Source: Spirochaetia bacterium
GTDB taxonomy: Bacteria > Spirochaetota > Spirochaetia > UBA9216
Length of the DNA stretch: 64,000 nucleotides
Assembly (NCBI GenBank): GCA_965140585.1
Contig: OZ223264.1
Span: forward strand, 704,001-768,000
Direction: 5' to 3'
The first letter of the stretch is position 1, and every line of letters starts with the position of its first letter. The notes below the pieces were generated by a model. The model did no database searches. It was not told the DNA's origin and saw only the letters and a program-made list of their open reading frames with translations. Of the stretch, positions 30,575-41,011 are shown piece after piece. A program made the translations under genes and the position numbers.

Positions 30575-31570
30575 ATGGCAATCAACATCAAGGGCAGGTC
30601 TTTTCTGACTCTTAAGGATTTCAGTACCGAAGAAATTAATTACCTGCTTGATCTGTCGGCAGATCTGAAAAACAAGAAGCGTGCAGGTATCAGAGGAAAC
30701 CTCCTTTCAGGCCGAAATATCTGTCTTATTTTTGAAAAAACATCTACAAGAACCCGCTGTGCCTTTGAAACCGCAGCTTTTGATGAAGGCGGCAATGTCA
30801 CATTCCTTACAAACAGTCAGATGGGTAAAAAGGAATCTGTTGAAGATACCGCCCGTGTTCTGGGCCGCTTTTATGACGGCATTGAATTTCGCGGATATAA
30901 ACAGGACACAGTAGAGCAGCTGGCTCAGTTTTCGGGAGTTCCAGTCTGGAATGGACTGACTGATCTCTATCATCCGACACAGGTTCTTGCTGACTTTCTT
31001 ACGATAATGGAAAACAGCACCAAGCCGCTGTCTGCATGCAAGCTAGTTTTTGTCGGTGACGGCAGAAACAATGTAGCAAATTCACTTATGATAGGTGCGG
31101 CAAAAACCGGTATGGATTTTACCATTGTGGCACCCTCAAGTTTGTATCCTGAAAAGGCTCTGGTTGACGAGGTTTCTCTTCTTGCAAAGAAGACCGGTTC
31201 TGAAATAGTTATCACTGATGATATTAAAGCCGGTGTAAAGGATGCAGATGCAATCTATACAGACGTTTGGGTTTCGATGGGTGAAGAGGATAAGTTTGAA
31301 GAAAGAATAAAACTTCTGGAACCCTACCGGGTGGATATGAAGATGATGGAAGCTGCGGGAAATGCTGAGGTGATTTTTCTGCACTGTCTTCCGGCTTTTC
31401 ATGATTTGGAGACAGAAACCGGCAGGGAGATAAATAAAAAGTACGGACTGAAAGAGATGGAGGTCTCTGACGAGGTGTTCAGGAGCAGGTTCTCAAAGGT
31501 TTTTGATGAAGCTGAAAACCGGCTGCATACAATCAAGGCGGTAATGGTTGCTACAATCGGAAATCTTTAG
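30575..31570 (+). CDS. argF: ornithine carbamoyltransferase (ArgF/ArcB type)
   Basis: [36 protein letters not shown]; ATG 30575 after AGGAG. Confidence 0.92.
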   Translation: MAINIKGRSFLTLKDFSTEEINYLLDLSADLKNKKRAGIRGNLLSGRNICLIFEKTSTRTRCAFETAAFDEGGNVTFLTNSQMGKKESVEDTARVLGRFYDGIEFRGYKQDTVEQLAQFSGVPVWNGLTDLYHPTQVLADFLTIMENSTKPLSACKLVFVGDGRNNVANSLMIGAAKTGMDFTIVAPSSLYPEKALVDEVSLLAKKTGSEIVITDDIKAGVKDADAIYTDVWVSMGEEDKFEERIKLLEPYRVDMKMMEAAGNAEVIFLHCLPAFHDLETETGREINKKYGLKEMEVSDEVFRSRFSKVFDEAENRLHTIKAVMVATIGNL

Positions 31571-31590
31571 ATTTTTATATGGAGAGCAAT

Positions 31591-32655
31591 ATGAAACTGA
31601 ATAATTTCATGAAGGCAGCATTAATTCTGCTGATAATTATGGTCCCGGCGATGGTTTTTGCCGGAGGACAGAAAGAGAGTTCTGAAGGTGCAGAAACTTC
31701 ATCCGCCGCTGAAGATTTTAAGCTGGCGGTTGTTGTCCCCGGAGTTACTGCGGGGTCTGCAATATATGAGCAGCTTGTCTCAGGCGCAGAAAGAGCAATT
31801 TCCGAAACCCCGGGCGCTTCAATGAAGGTAGTGGAGCTCGGCTTCAATCAGGCAGAGTGGAATGAGAAGATGACATCAGTTGTTGCCACCGGTGTCTATG
31901 ATGCTGTGATTACATCAAACCCTTCAATGCCCTATGTCAGCATGGATATTGCGCAGCAGTTTCCCGAACAGAAATTTATATTTGTCGATGCTTATATAGA
32001 AGGAAATCCCCAGATGGCCAGCTTTCTTTATAATCAGGTTGAACAGTCTTATATGCTGGGTCATCTTGCCGGACTTATTACAACCAGTGATATAAAAGGG
32101 GCAAATGCCGATCTGAAGATCGGTATCATTGTTGCACAGGAATATCCTGCCCTTAATAAAATGATGGTTCCCGGTTTTGAAAATGGAGCAAAGGCCGTTA
32201 ACGGGGGAATAACACTTGATTACCGTGTTATCGGAAACTGGTATGATGCCAACAAGGCCGCTGAACTGGCCCGAAGTATGATAGATTCCGGTGTTGATGT
32301 GATAGGTGTAATTTGCGGAGGAGCCGCTCAGGGTGTATTTGAAGTTTGTGCCGAGAGGGGCAAATACGTTATGTACTGGGATGACAACGGCTATTCGAAG
32401 GCTCCGGGTGTGATTGCAGGAAGCGGTGCACTGCATCAGGACAGGCTTGTTTATGAAGTAGTTTCAGATGCCATTAAAGGCAATGTGGAATACGGCAAAG
32501 CAGTTAAACTGTATGCGAAGGACGGATATGTTGAGTTTATTTCTGATGATCCTGACTATGTTAGTACAGTCAGCGAGGAAGTAAGGGCGAAGCAGCAGAT
32601 TCTTGTTGACAGCATAATCTCAGGTGAACTTGTTCTTGAAATTCCTCAGCTGTAA
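31591..32655 (+). CDS. BMP family ABC transporter substrate-binding protein
   Basis: FAGGQKE N-terminus; GNWYDANKAAELARSMIDSGVDVI BMP-like motif. Confidence 0.8.
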   Translation: MKLNNFMKAALILLIIMVPAMVFAGGQKESSEGAETSSAAEDFKLAVVVPGVTAGSAIYEQLVSGAERAISETPGASMKVVELGFNQAEWNEKMTSVVATGVYDAVITSNPSMPYVSMDIAQQFPEQKFIFVDAYIEGNPQMASFLYNQVEQSYMLGHLAGLITTSDIKGANADLKIGIIVAQEYPALNKMMVPGFENGAKAVNGGITLDYRVIGNWYDANKAAELARSMIDSGVDVIGVICGGAAQGVFEVCAERGKYVMYWDDNGYSKAPGVIAGSGALHQDRLVYEVVSDAIKGNVEYGKAVKLYAKDGYVEFISDDPDYVSTVSEEVRAKQQILVDSIISGELVLEIPQL

Positions 32656-32683
32656 ATACTGCCTGAATAAATATTAAAATTAC

Positions 32684-32715
32684 GGGGGTGTCTTAATTTA
32701 AAGACACCCCTTTTT
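32684..32715 (+). terminator. stem-loop between SBP and ATPase genes
   Basis: GGGGTGTCTT...AAGACACCCCTTTTT. Confidence 0.7.
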
Positions 32716-32775
32716 ATAATGGTCTCATTGTTCTCTATATATTATACTTGATGGAAGAGGTTCTTTTTAGTAACT

Positions 32776-34311
32776 ATGAAAATTGCTGAACCCTGGCTTC
32801 AGATGCGGGGAATCACAAAACAATATGCAGTCACCGGACAGCACGCCAATACCGATGTTGATATTGAAGTACGCAAGGGTGAAATTCATGCCATAGCCGG
32901 AGAAAACGGAGCGGGTAAAACCACCCTCATGAAAATTCTCTATGGGCTTGAGCATCCCGACAGCGGAAGGATAATACTTGACGGGCGGGACGTGAAAATG
33001 ACAAGTCCCCTGACGGCCACAAAGCTCGGAATCGGTATGGTACAGCAGCATTTTCGGCTTGTTCAGGAATTTACCGTGGCTCAGAATGTTGTTCTCGGTG
33101 TTGAGCCCATAAAGGCCGGTGTTTTCTTCAACCAGTCTTCAGCTGTTAAGTCAGTTGAAAAACTTATTATTGAAAATGATTTTCATATTAAACCTGATGC
33201 AAGAATCCGGAACTTGAGTGTAGGGCAGATGCAGCAGGTTGAGATACTTAAAATGCTCTACCGAAAGGCTGATCTGCTCATCCTTGATGAGCCTACCTCG
33301 GTTCTGACAGATATAGAAATTGAAAGACTTTTCAAGACTCTCAAAAGACTTGTGTCTCAGGGAAAAACTGTGATTCTTATCACTCATAAGCTGTCTGAGA
33401 TAAAAGATATATCCGACAGGATAACAGTAATGAGGAAAGGCCGTGTAGTAGGTGTTGTTGACACTGCGTCAGTTGACAGTAAGGAGCTTTCCCGGCTGAT
33501 GGTTGGAAGAAGTATTGAACTGACGGAAGTTGAAAGAGTGGAAGGTTGCAGAGAGCCTGTTCTTGTGATGGAGGGTGTAAATCTTCTAAACAAAAATCAG
33601 GGTCGTCCGGTCCTTGAAAATATAAGTCTCAGTGCTTCCGGCTGTGAGGTTGTCGGTATTACTGCCGTAGCAGGTAACGGACTCGCAGAGCTTGAAGATG
33701 TAATTGCCGGGCTTCGAAGGGTAAGCAGCGGAAAGATCTACCACAACGATGCGGATATAACTTTTGACAATACTGCTAAGCGCAGGGAAGGCGGCCTTTC
33801 ATATGTGCCTACCGACAGGCTCTGGCGCGGCGCTTCTCTTTCTTCTGCGGTGAGTGAGAATGTAATGATTACCGGCCGGCGGAACTTTACCCGAAGGGTT
33901 GGAATCATTGATCGGCAGGCTGTAGATGATTATACGGATAAACTTATAAAAACCTATCAAATAGACGGTCAGAGAGATGCTCCTATCGGTACACTCTCCG
34001 GTGGAAACATTCAGAAGGTTATTCTTGCAAGAGAGCTTGATTCAGCCGGAGATGTTGTACTCTTTGCTGAACCCACCTGGGGTTTGGATATCACAAGCAG
34101 TGAGTATATATATAAAAGAATCATTGAAATGAGGGAGCGTGGTGTTGCTGTTATTCTCATTTCTTCTAATATCGATGAAATTCTAACCCTGTCGGATACC
34201 GTTATGGTGCTGTACCGGGGCCGTTTTGTTTTTAAGCAACCTAATTCGGAGAATTTGAACAGGGAGCTGATAGGTGAATATATGATGGGCCTGAAGGAGG
34301 CTGAACTTTGA
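32776..34311 (+). CDS. ABC transporter ATP-binding protein (CUT2/nucleoside type)
   Basis: GENGAGKTT, LILDEPT, LSGGNIQK; duplicated NBD. Confidence 0.92.
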   Translation: MKIAEPWLQMRGITKQYAVTGQHANTDVDIEVRKGEIHAIAGENGAGKTTLMKILYGLEHPDSGRIILDGRDVKMTSPLTATKLGIGMVQQHFRLVQEFTVAQNVVLGVEPIKAGVFFNQSSAVKSVEKLIIENDFHIKPDARIRNLSVGQMQQVEILKMLYRKADLLILDEPTSVLTDIEIERLFKTLKRLVSQGKTVILITHKLSEIKDISDRITVMRKGRVVGVVDTASVDSKELSRLMVGRSIELTEVERVEGCREPVLVMEGVNLLNKNQGRPVLENISLSASGCEVVGITAVAGNGLAELEDVIAGLRRVSSGKIYHNDADITFDNTAKRREGGLSYVPTDRLWRGASLSSAVSENVMITGRRNFTRRVGIIDRQAVDDYTDKLIKTYQIDGQRDAPIGTLSGGNIQKVILARELDSAGDVVLFAEPTWGLDITSSEYIYKRIIEMRERGVAVILISSNIDEILTLSDTVMVLYRGRFVFKQPNSENLNRELIGEYMMGLKEAEL

Positions 34312-35351
34312 AGAAATTGTGCAGAAATACAGCTGTAGCTTTTGCCTCGCCGCTGATTACCATAGCTGCAGCCTTTATAGTTCTACTGGTTCTTATCTTT
34401 GTTTTCAGCAGGACTCCGTCTGAAACTATATACTATTTTTTTGCGGGACCATTTACCAATAAATATTACTTCGGAAACATGCTTAATGCCGCAGTTCCCC
34501 TGATATTGACAGGGCTAGGCATTTCATTTGCCTTCAGAAGCTCGGTTTATAACCTGGGCGGTGAGGGGCAGGTTTATGCCGGCGGATTTACCGCAACTCT
34601 GGTTCTTCTGCTTCTGCCCGGCTTGCCCGGACCCTCTGGAATCGTTCTTGCGGTCTTCTCTGCAGTCATTGTCAGCGCTCTGATAGCCGGCTTCTCCGGC
34701 TTTTTCAGAATGAAATGGGGAACCGATGAGCTTATTTCATCATTTTTGATTTCCGCTTCGGTAATATACGTGGTTGATTACCTGATAACCGGGGTTTTTA
34801 ACGATACCGCCAGTAATCTGCTTACCACCCCTGCTGTCGATGTTCGTTTCTGGCTGACTAAAATATTTCCGCCGTCCAATCTCAATTCCAGTGTGATAAT
34901 TGCGGTTATTGCGGCTGCAGCCGCATATTTTATTCTTTTCCGGACGAGAACCGGGTATGAAATGAGGATCTGCGGTCTTAATCCGAAGTTTGCCGCCTAT
35001 GGCGGAATTAATACAGGTATCTACATGGTCCTGCCGATGGCTATAAGCGGAGGCTTCCATGGTCTGGCAGGCAGCCTGTCCGTTCTTGGTACTTATCATA
35101 TGAGTCTAAAAGGTTTTTCAGGCGGTATCGGCTGGAATGGTATTGCTGTTGCTCTGATTGCAGGTAATAATCCGGCGGCTGTTGTTCCGGCAGCCCTGTT
35201 TTTTGCCTTCATCGAAGCCGGTGCAAAATCGGCGATGATCAACTCTGATATTACCATTGAAGTGGCTACAATAGCACAGGCTGTTATCTTCTTTTTTATA
35301 ACATCCAAGGTTATCTATAACCTGCTCAAATACAGGAGGGCTTACGTTTGA
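34308..35351 (+). CDS. ABC transporter permease (nucleoside type)
   Basis: YNLGGEGQ, GYEMRICG.NP, GWNGIAVAL. Confidence 0.88.
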   Translation: MKKLCRNTAVAFASPLITIAAAFIVLLVLIFVFSRTPSETIYYFFAGPFTNKYYFGNMLNAAVPLILTGLGISFAFRSSVYNLGGEGQVYAGGFTATLVLLLLPGLPGPSGIVLAVFSAVIVSALIAGFSGFFRMKWGTDELISSFLISASVIYVVDYLITGVFNDTASNLLTTPAVDVRFWLTKIFPPSNLNSSVIIAVIAAAAAYFILFRTRTGYEMRICGLNPKFAAYGGINTGIYMVLPMAISGGFHGLAGSLSVLGTYHMSLKGFSGGIGWNGIAVALIAGNNPAAVVPAALFFAFIEAGAKSAMINSDITIEVATIAQAVIFFFITSKVIYNLLKYRRAYV

Positions 35352-36247
35352 ACAGCGGAGAATTCAGCCTTCCGGTTATCCATAATTCAGTCAGTATAAT
35401 GACCCCTTTCTTACTGGCTGCGGTAGGCGGACTGCTTACCGAGCTTGCCGGAATTTTGAACATTGCCCTTGAAGGGCTTATGCTTACCGGAGCTTTTTTC
35501 AGTGTAATTTTTACTGCCGCAACCGGAAGCCTTGCTCTGGGAATACTGGCGGGGATGATGCTTACAGTGCTGCTTTCACTTGTATTCGGACTGGTAACAC
35601 TATATATGAAGGCCAATGTTTTCATCACAGGCCTTGCCACTAACCTTTTCGCTACCGGACTTACTACAGTTCTTTCATTTCATATTTTCGGTACAAAGGG
35701 AGTTCTGACCTTCTCCAACCTGCCTGATCTTCCAGTTCTCAATATTCCTTCATTGCACGGTATTCCGGTTCTTGGAGATCTTCTGCTGGGTCATAATAAC
35801 CTTGTATACCTGGGTTGGCTGAGTGTGCTGGTTTCATACCTGCTTATTTACAAAACCCCCTACGGTTTCAGGCTCAGGGCTGCCGGCAGTAATCCTCATG
35901 CCATGCAGGCGCTTGGATTGAACCCTGTCCACTACAGGATGTCCGCCATACTTATTTCAGGGTTGACATGTGCGCTTGCCGGTGCTGTGCTTACGCTTAA
36001 GATAGGAGCCTATGTACCAAATATTACAGCAGGGCGGGGTTGGATAGCCCTTGTAGTGATTTATCTCGGCGGTAAAACCCCGATAGGGATTCTCGGGGCG
36101 GCTTTTATATTCGGTCTTGCAGAAAGTTTTTCCAATTATGCCCAGGGTTTTATTCACATCCCGGCAGATTTTATTCTCGCGTTTCCCTACATCATTACTG
36201 TTATTGCCATGGTTCTTGTGTCTGCATTTAAACACAGGAAGAACTGA
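35348..36247 (+). CDS. ABC transporter permease (nucleoside type)
   Basis: GILNIALEG, GFRLRAAG, TAGRGWIAL, FPYIIT. Confidence 0.88.
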   Translation: MNSGEFSLPVIHNSVSIMTPFLLAAVGGLLTELAGILNIALEGLMLTGAFFSVIFTAATGSLALGILAGMMLTVLLSLVFGLVTLYMKANVFITGLATNLFATGLTTVLSFHIFGTKGVLTFSNLPDLPVLNIPSLHGIPVLGDLLLGHNNLVYLGWLSVLVSYLLIYKTPYGFRLRAAGSNPHAMQALGLNPVHYRMSAILISGLTCALAGAVLTLKIGAYVPNITAGRGWIALVVIYLGGKTPIGILGAAFIFGLAESFSNYAQGFIHIPADFILAFPYIITVIAMVLVSAFKHRKN

Positions 36248-36280
36248 TTATGATAAGATTAGCAGAAGTGGAGATTTTAA

Positions 36281-37306
36281 ATGAGAACAGCGGTCCTGAA
36301 TGCTCCAGGCAGTATAGAAATTGTAAATGCTGCTGACCCGGTCCCAAAATCAACTGAGGTCCTTGTAAGAATAAAATATTGCGGTATTTGCACACTTGAG
36401 CAGAGACTTTATTCAGGTGAAATGAAGATATACTATCCCATCGTCCCCGGTCATGAAGCTTCCGGAATAGTTGAATATGTAGGTGATGATGTGATTACCT
36501 CGATCAAACCCGGTGATCACGTAGTTATAGATATGGTTTACCGCTGTCATGAGTGTTATTACTGCCGCAGGGGGCAGAGCAATATGTGTCTCAATCGCTT
36601 TGACCGGCGGCTGAAACCCCTCGGCGGATTCTCTGAGCTGGCTGCCCTCCGGCCCGAACAACTGTATAAAGTCCCTTCGGAGCTTCCGCTTGAGCAGGCT
36701 GCGTTCACCGAGCCCCTTGCCTGCTGTATACGCTCTCTGAAGAAGATTGATCTTCAGATTTCCGAGGATCTTCTGATTATTGGTGCCGGTCCCATGGGGC
36801 TGATGCATTTAAAGGCTGCTCTTGCTATGGGCGCCAGGGTTACTGTTTCGGATGTTGATGATGTAAGGCTGGCGCTTGCGTCTGAGATGGGAGCGGACTT
36901 AACTGTTAATCCGTCAAAACAGGATATTGTTTCAGTTATAATGGATGTCACCGGAGGTGTCGGGGCTGATGCCTGTGTGGTGGCCAGCCCTGCCTTTTCA
37001 GCGCTTGAAAACGCTTTCTCTGCCATCCGAAAAGACGGCCGGGTGAATATCTATACAGCCTACACTATGGATAAGCCGACGCTACCCGTTGATCTGAATT
37101 ATCTGCATAGAAATGAAATAACTGTAACCGGTACCGAAGGCCGGACCGAGACGGATTTCCTGCAGGCATCAAGAATGCTGTCATTCGGAAAGATTGATGT
37201 GAAACCCCTTATAAGCCGGATTGTCGGGTTTGACGGGCTTGAGGAAGGAATAAAGGCGGCTATGAGTCCTGACACCCAAAGGGTTCTTCTTGGTACTGAA
37301 TTATGA
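36281..37306 (+). CDS. zinc-dependent alcohol/polyol dehydrogenase
   Basis: CGIC, GHE, CHECYYCRRGQSNMC, EPLAC, GAGPMG. Confidence 0.9.
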   Translation: MRTAVLNAPGSIEIVNAADPVPKSTEVLVRIKYCGICTLEQRLYSGEMKIYYPIVPGHEASGIVEYVGDDVITSIKPGDHVVIDMVYRCHECYYCRRGQSNMCLNRFDRRLKPLGGFSELAALRPEQLYKVPSELPLEQAAFTEPLACCIRSLKKIDLQISEDLLIIGAGPMGLMHLKAALAMGARVTVSDVDDVRLALASEMGADLTVNPSKQDIVSVIMDVTGGVGADACVVASPAFSALENAFSAIRKDGRVNIYTAYTMDKPTLPVDLNYLHRNEITVTGTEGRTETDFLQASRMLSFGKIDVKPLISRIVGFDGLEEGIKAAMSPDTQRVLLGTEL

Positions 37307-38733
37307 TCCTTGCAATTGATATAGGAACAACAGTCCTCAAGGCGGCACTTCTGGGTGAGGCCGGGCGGATAGTCTCTCTGGCTGTAAGGCGTCTGTGCTC
37401 TTCGGTTCCGTCGCCCGGTCATCATGAAGCTGACCCCGATGAATGGATGAGTGCTATAGCCTCTGTTTCGACAGAACTGCTGAGCAGAGTGAGTGAGACT
37501 CCCCGCGCACTGGTTGTAAGCGGAAACGGACCGACTCTTGTTCCTGTTGATATTGGAGGTAGCTTTTTAAAGCCTGTAATGAGCTGGATGGACAGGCGCG
37601 GAACAGTTCAGTCCGACCGGATTGCTTCAGTGAATGATTTCCGTATAGATCCCAGCTTCTACCTTCCAAAGGCTCTCTGGATTTCAGATAATCTTCCGGA
37701 AGTTTACGATAAAACAGCCTGGTTTCTGTCCTGCCCGGAGTCAGTGGTTTTTCGTCTCACCGGAGAGGCTGTTACTATTCTGCCGGGACTGCATTTTGAA
37801 AAATATTTCTGGAGCCCTGAGCTAATCAGACGGCTTGGACTTGATAAGTCAAAATTTCCTGATTTTGTAAAACCCGGTCATATTACAGGCCGGATTACAG
37901 CAAAGGGAGCTTCTGAATCGAATCTGCCTCAGGGGATACCTGTAATATCAGCCGGGCCGGACTTTGTTGTATCTCTCCTGGGGACCGGAGCGGTGTATCC
38001 GGGACGAGCTTGTGACCGCTGCGGAACCTCTGAAGGCATTAACCTGTGTACAGAAAAATATATCACCGACCCGAGGCTTATGGGGTATGGTCACGTGATT
38101 GAGCCCTGGTTTAATGTCTCAGGTATAATCTCAACTTCTGGAAAGGCTCTGGAGTGGATAAAGCAGACAGCTTTTGAAACTGATTCCGGAATTGAAGCGG
38201 TTGTCCGTGAGGCTGAATCTTCAACGGCCGGAGCCGGCAGGCTTGTTTTTCTGCCCTACCTTTCGGGAGAACGTGCCCCGCACTGGGACCCATTCGCCCG
38301 TGGGGCTTTTATAGGCCTTGGTCTGCAGCACAGGCGCGGAGACCTCGTGAGAGCGGTGCTTGAGTCTACAGGTTTTGCAATTCGGGATGTAATCAGCGTT
38401 ATGGAAGAGAATGATTCTGTAGTTGAAGAGCTTAGGATTACCGGGCGTCCTGCTGTTAACCCCATGTGGAATCAGATTAAGGCTGATATATCCGGCAGAA
38501 GGCTTCTTGTTCCGGAATCTTTTGAATCGGAACTTCTGGGTGATCTCGCTGTCGCTTTGAAAGCTCTCGGTGAAACAGACAACCTTGCAGAAACAGCGGA
38601 CAGGATTGTCCGGATAACAGGTGAATATATTCCCGATTCCGGTAAGCGGCAGCTCTATGATGATCTCTTTGGGATATACAGGGAATCCTATACTTCGCTT
38701 AAGGATATTTTTAAAAAACTCTCGGTTAAATAA
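37303..38733 (+). CDS. FGGY family carbohydrate kinase
   Basis: AIDIGTT, SWMDRR, GTSEG, FLPYLSGERAPHWD. Confidence 0.88.
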   Translation: MILAIDIGTTVLKAALLGEAGRIVSLAVRRLCSSVPSPGHHEADPDEWMSAIASVSTELLSRVSETPRALVVSGNGPTLVPVDIGGSFLKPVMSWMDRRGTVQSDRIASVNDFRIDPSFYLPKALWISDNLPEVYDKTAWFLSCPESVVFRLTGEAVTILPGLHFEKYFWSPELIRRLGLDKSKFPDFVKPGHITGRITAKGASESNLPQGIPVISAGPDFVVSLLGTGAVYPGRACDRCGTSEGINLCTEKYITDPRLMGYGHVIEPWFNVSGIISTSGKALEWIKQTAFETDSGIEAVVREAESSTAGAGRLVFLPYLSGERAPHWDPFARGAFIGLGLQHRRGDLVRAVLESTGFAIRDVISVMEENDSVVEELRITGRPAVNPMWNQIKADISGRRLLVPESFESELLGDLAVALKALGETDNLAETADRIVRITGEYIPDSGKRQLYDDLFGIYRESYTSLKDIFKKLSVK

Positions 38734-38743
38734 AGGGGTGTAA

Positions 38744-39553
38744 ATGAATACTGGTAAACGTATAAGGATGAATTCCATATTCCGCAAGGATACCGGTAGG
38801 ACGGTAGTCGTTGCTATCGATCATGGAGGTATTGCCGGACCTATGGAGGGCATTAATCATCCCGGTGAACTTATATCCTGCTGTTCCGACTCCGGAGCTG
38901 ATGCAGTTTTAACAACCCGGGGTTTTGCACGTGCTGCAGCAGCTTCCTTCGACAGGGGACTGGGTCTGATTCTGCGTCTTACCGGCGGCTTTACCGTACT
39001 TGGCGGTAAATTTGAGGAAGAGATGATATCAACTGCCGAGACCGCCCTGCGCTTCGGTGCCTGCGGTGCAGCGGTAACCGTTAAATTCGGACATCCCCGG
39101 GAAGGATATTTTACCAGACAGGCCTCTCTGACTGCTGACAGCTGCGAACAGTGGGAACTTCCAATGCTTATTGAGGCAATCCCTGCCGGAGCCGAAAGAA
39201 AGCCTTCCGATCCCGACGGTGTTAAACTTGCCGCCCGTGCGGCTGCTGAAATAGGCGCCGATGTTGTGAAAACCTATTACTGCGGCGATCCCGATCTTTT
39301 TTCGCGGGTTGTTGAGGGCTGCCTTGTTCCTATCGTGATTCTCGGCGGAGCAAAGACCGACAGTATCGAACAGATTATGACTGAGGTTTATTATTCCGTT
39401 CAGGCGGGCGGAGCCGGTATAGCTATGGGGCGTAATATCTGGCAGTACCGGAATCCGGCTGTAATGATTGAAGCAATGGCCGGTGTTGTACATGAAGGGT
39501 GGACAGTCCCTCAGGCACTTAAGCATCTGGGTAACAGTCAGAAAGAGATATAA
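38744..39553 (+). CDS. class I aldolase, DhnA/FbaB/LsrF family
   Basis: AIDHG, GADVVKTYY (Schiff-base Lys), ILGG, AMGRNIWQ. Confidence 0.85.
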   Translation: MNTGKRIRMNSIFRKDTGRTVVVAIDHGGIAGPMEGINHPGELISCCSDSGADAVLTTRGFARAAAASFDRGLGLILRLTGGFTVLGGKFEEEMISTAETALRFGACGAAVTVKFGHPREGYFTRQASLTADSCEQWELPMLIEAIPAGAERKPSDPDGVKLAARAAAEIGADVVKTYYCGDPDLFSRVVEGCLVPIVILGGAKTDSIEQIMTEVYYSVQAGGAGIAMGRNIWQYRNPAVMIEAMAGVVHEGWTVPQALKHLGNSQKEI

Positions 39554-39681
39554 TCATACCTGTTAGAAAAAAAACTTAAACGTATACTCGATTAACTCAG
39601 AAAAATCATTTCAGAGTGCTCTGTAGATTGTTGACTTTGTTGGGAATAATAGGTAATGTTGGGTAGCATAAGGAGCCTGTT

Positions 39682-40143
39682 ATGGAAAATAAGCTATATT
39701 CTGTAAGTGAGATCTCTGAACTTCTGGGCCTTCATGAGAAGACTGTTCAGCGATTTATACGTGAGGGAAAGATATCCGCTGTTAAAATCGGCCGTGCCTG
39801 GAAGGTGAGTACCGATGCGTTGAAAGACTATACCCATGCAGAACTTACTGATGTGCAGCCGGAAATTCCAAATGTCCGGACTGAAGAGCCTGTCAGTGAT
39901 CGTGTAAGGGTTTCTGCTGTAATAGAACTTTCTGAGGCCGGCAGAGCTGAGGCTTCCCGGATTTCTAATACAATAATCGCCCTTCTTAACTGTAAGGATC
40001 CTTCCTGGGGAAAAACCCGATATGATTTTATTCATGACCCGGAAACAGGGACGGCAAGGTTTATTCTGTATGGAAACCCTTCGTTTATAAGCAGCATCAT
40101 GAAAATGCTTGAACCGCTGCTGGGAGTTCAGAATGATGAGTAA
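39682..40143 (+). CDS. excisionase-type HTH DNA-binding protein with C-terminal domain
   Basis: YSVSEISELLGLHEKTVQRFIREGKISAVKIGRAWKV. Confidence 0.8.
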   Translation: MENKLYSVSEISELLGLHEKTVQRFIREGKISAVKIGRAWKVSTDALKDYTHAELTDVQPEIPNVRTEEPVSDRVRVSAVIELSEAGRAEASRISNTIIALLNCKDPSWGKTRYDFIHDPETGTARFILYGNPSFISSIMKMLEPLLGVQNDE

Positions 40144-41011
40144 ATCTGTTTTCAGATCCCCTGAAGGGAAGGCTGAGGTTCATTCAGAATATGGAAAAAT
40201 CCTTGAGAACTGGCCGATGGAGCACAGCCGGAAAGTTGTTCCGATAGAAATAAATCAGGCCGGTGCAGGTGCAAGTACAGTTATGACCCATATAATCGAA
40301 TGCGGAAGGAAAGACGCTCCAATTTTAATTCTGCTTCATGGTTCATCCAGCAACAGTGCTGCCTGGATGGGGGATGTGGAACTGTGGGCCGGCTCTTTCA
40401 GTGTATATGCAATCGATATTCCGGGACAGCCGGGCTTGAGTTCTGATTTCAGCTTCGCTCCAGGCAGTGAAGAATTCAGACTCTGGCTGCAGAATACAAT
40501 TGAATACTGTAGAGGAAGCGAAAAAGTCTATATAGTCGGCCAGTCTCTCGGCGGATTCGCGGCCCTGCAGTATGCGATCATGTTTCCCGAAAAGGTGAGG
40601 GCTCTGAGCCTTCTTACAGCCTCCGGGCTTGCTCCTTCAAGATTGAGCTTCATCTTTAAAGCATTGCCGCTAATGCTTTTTGGTGAGCGCGGCGCTAAAA
40701 AACTTGACAGGCTTATACGCTACAATACCGATACAGGGGAAGAGGCGGCCGAATTCGGGCGTCTTGTGTCAAAGAATTATATACCGATGACCGCACCCAT
40801 ACCTGTCTTTACTGATGAAGAGCTCCAGAAACTTCAGATGCCCGTCCAGTACTTCGGCGGTGATCATGATGTTCTGCTTGATACTGAAAAATCAGCAGAA
40901 AGGCTGAGAACCTTTGTTTCAGGGGCTCAAATAAATCTGCTGCCGGAAACCGGTCATGTCATCATCGGCCGTACCGTCGAGATAAGGGACTTCCTGTCCG
41001 CCGCCGGCTGA
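40133..41011 (+). CDS. alpha/beta hydrolase
   Basis: LLHGSS, DIPGQPG, GQSLGG, D and GH catalytic region. Confidence 0.85.
   Translation: MMSKSVFRSPEGKAEVHSEYGKILENWPMEHSRKVVPIEINQAGAGASTVMTHIIECGRKDAPILILLHGSSSNSAAWMGDVELWAGSFSVYAIDIPGQPGLSSDFSFAPGSEEFRLWLQNTIEYCRGSEKVYIVGQSLGGFAALQYAIMFPEKVRALSLLTASGLAPSRLSFIFKALPLMLFGERGAKKLDRLIRYNTDTGEEAAEFGRLVSKNYIPMTAPIPVFTDEELQKLQMPVQYFGGDHDVLLDTEKSAERLRTFVSGAQINLLPETGHVIIGRTVEIRDFLSAAG

Noticed and set aside
39682-40143. Excisionase as evidence of a prophage/ICE
   Set aside because: No integrase, att-like repeats, tRNA or phage genes nearby.
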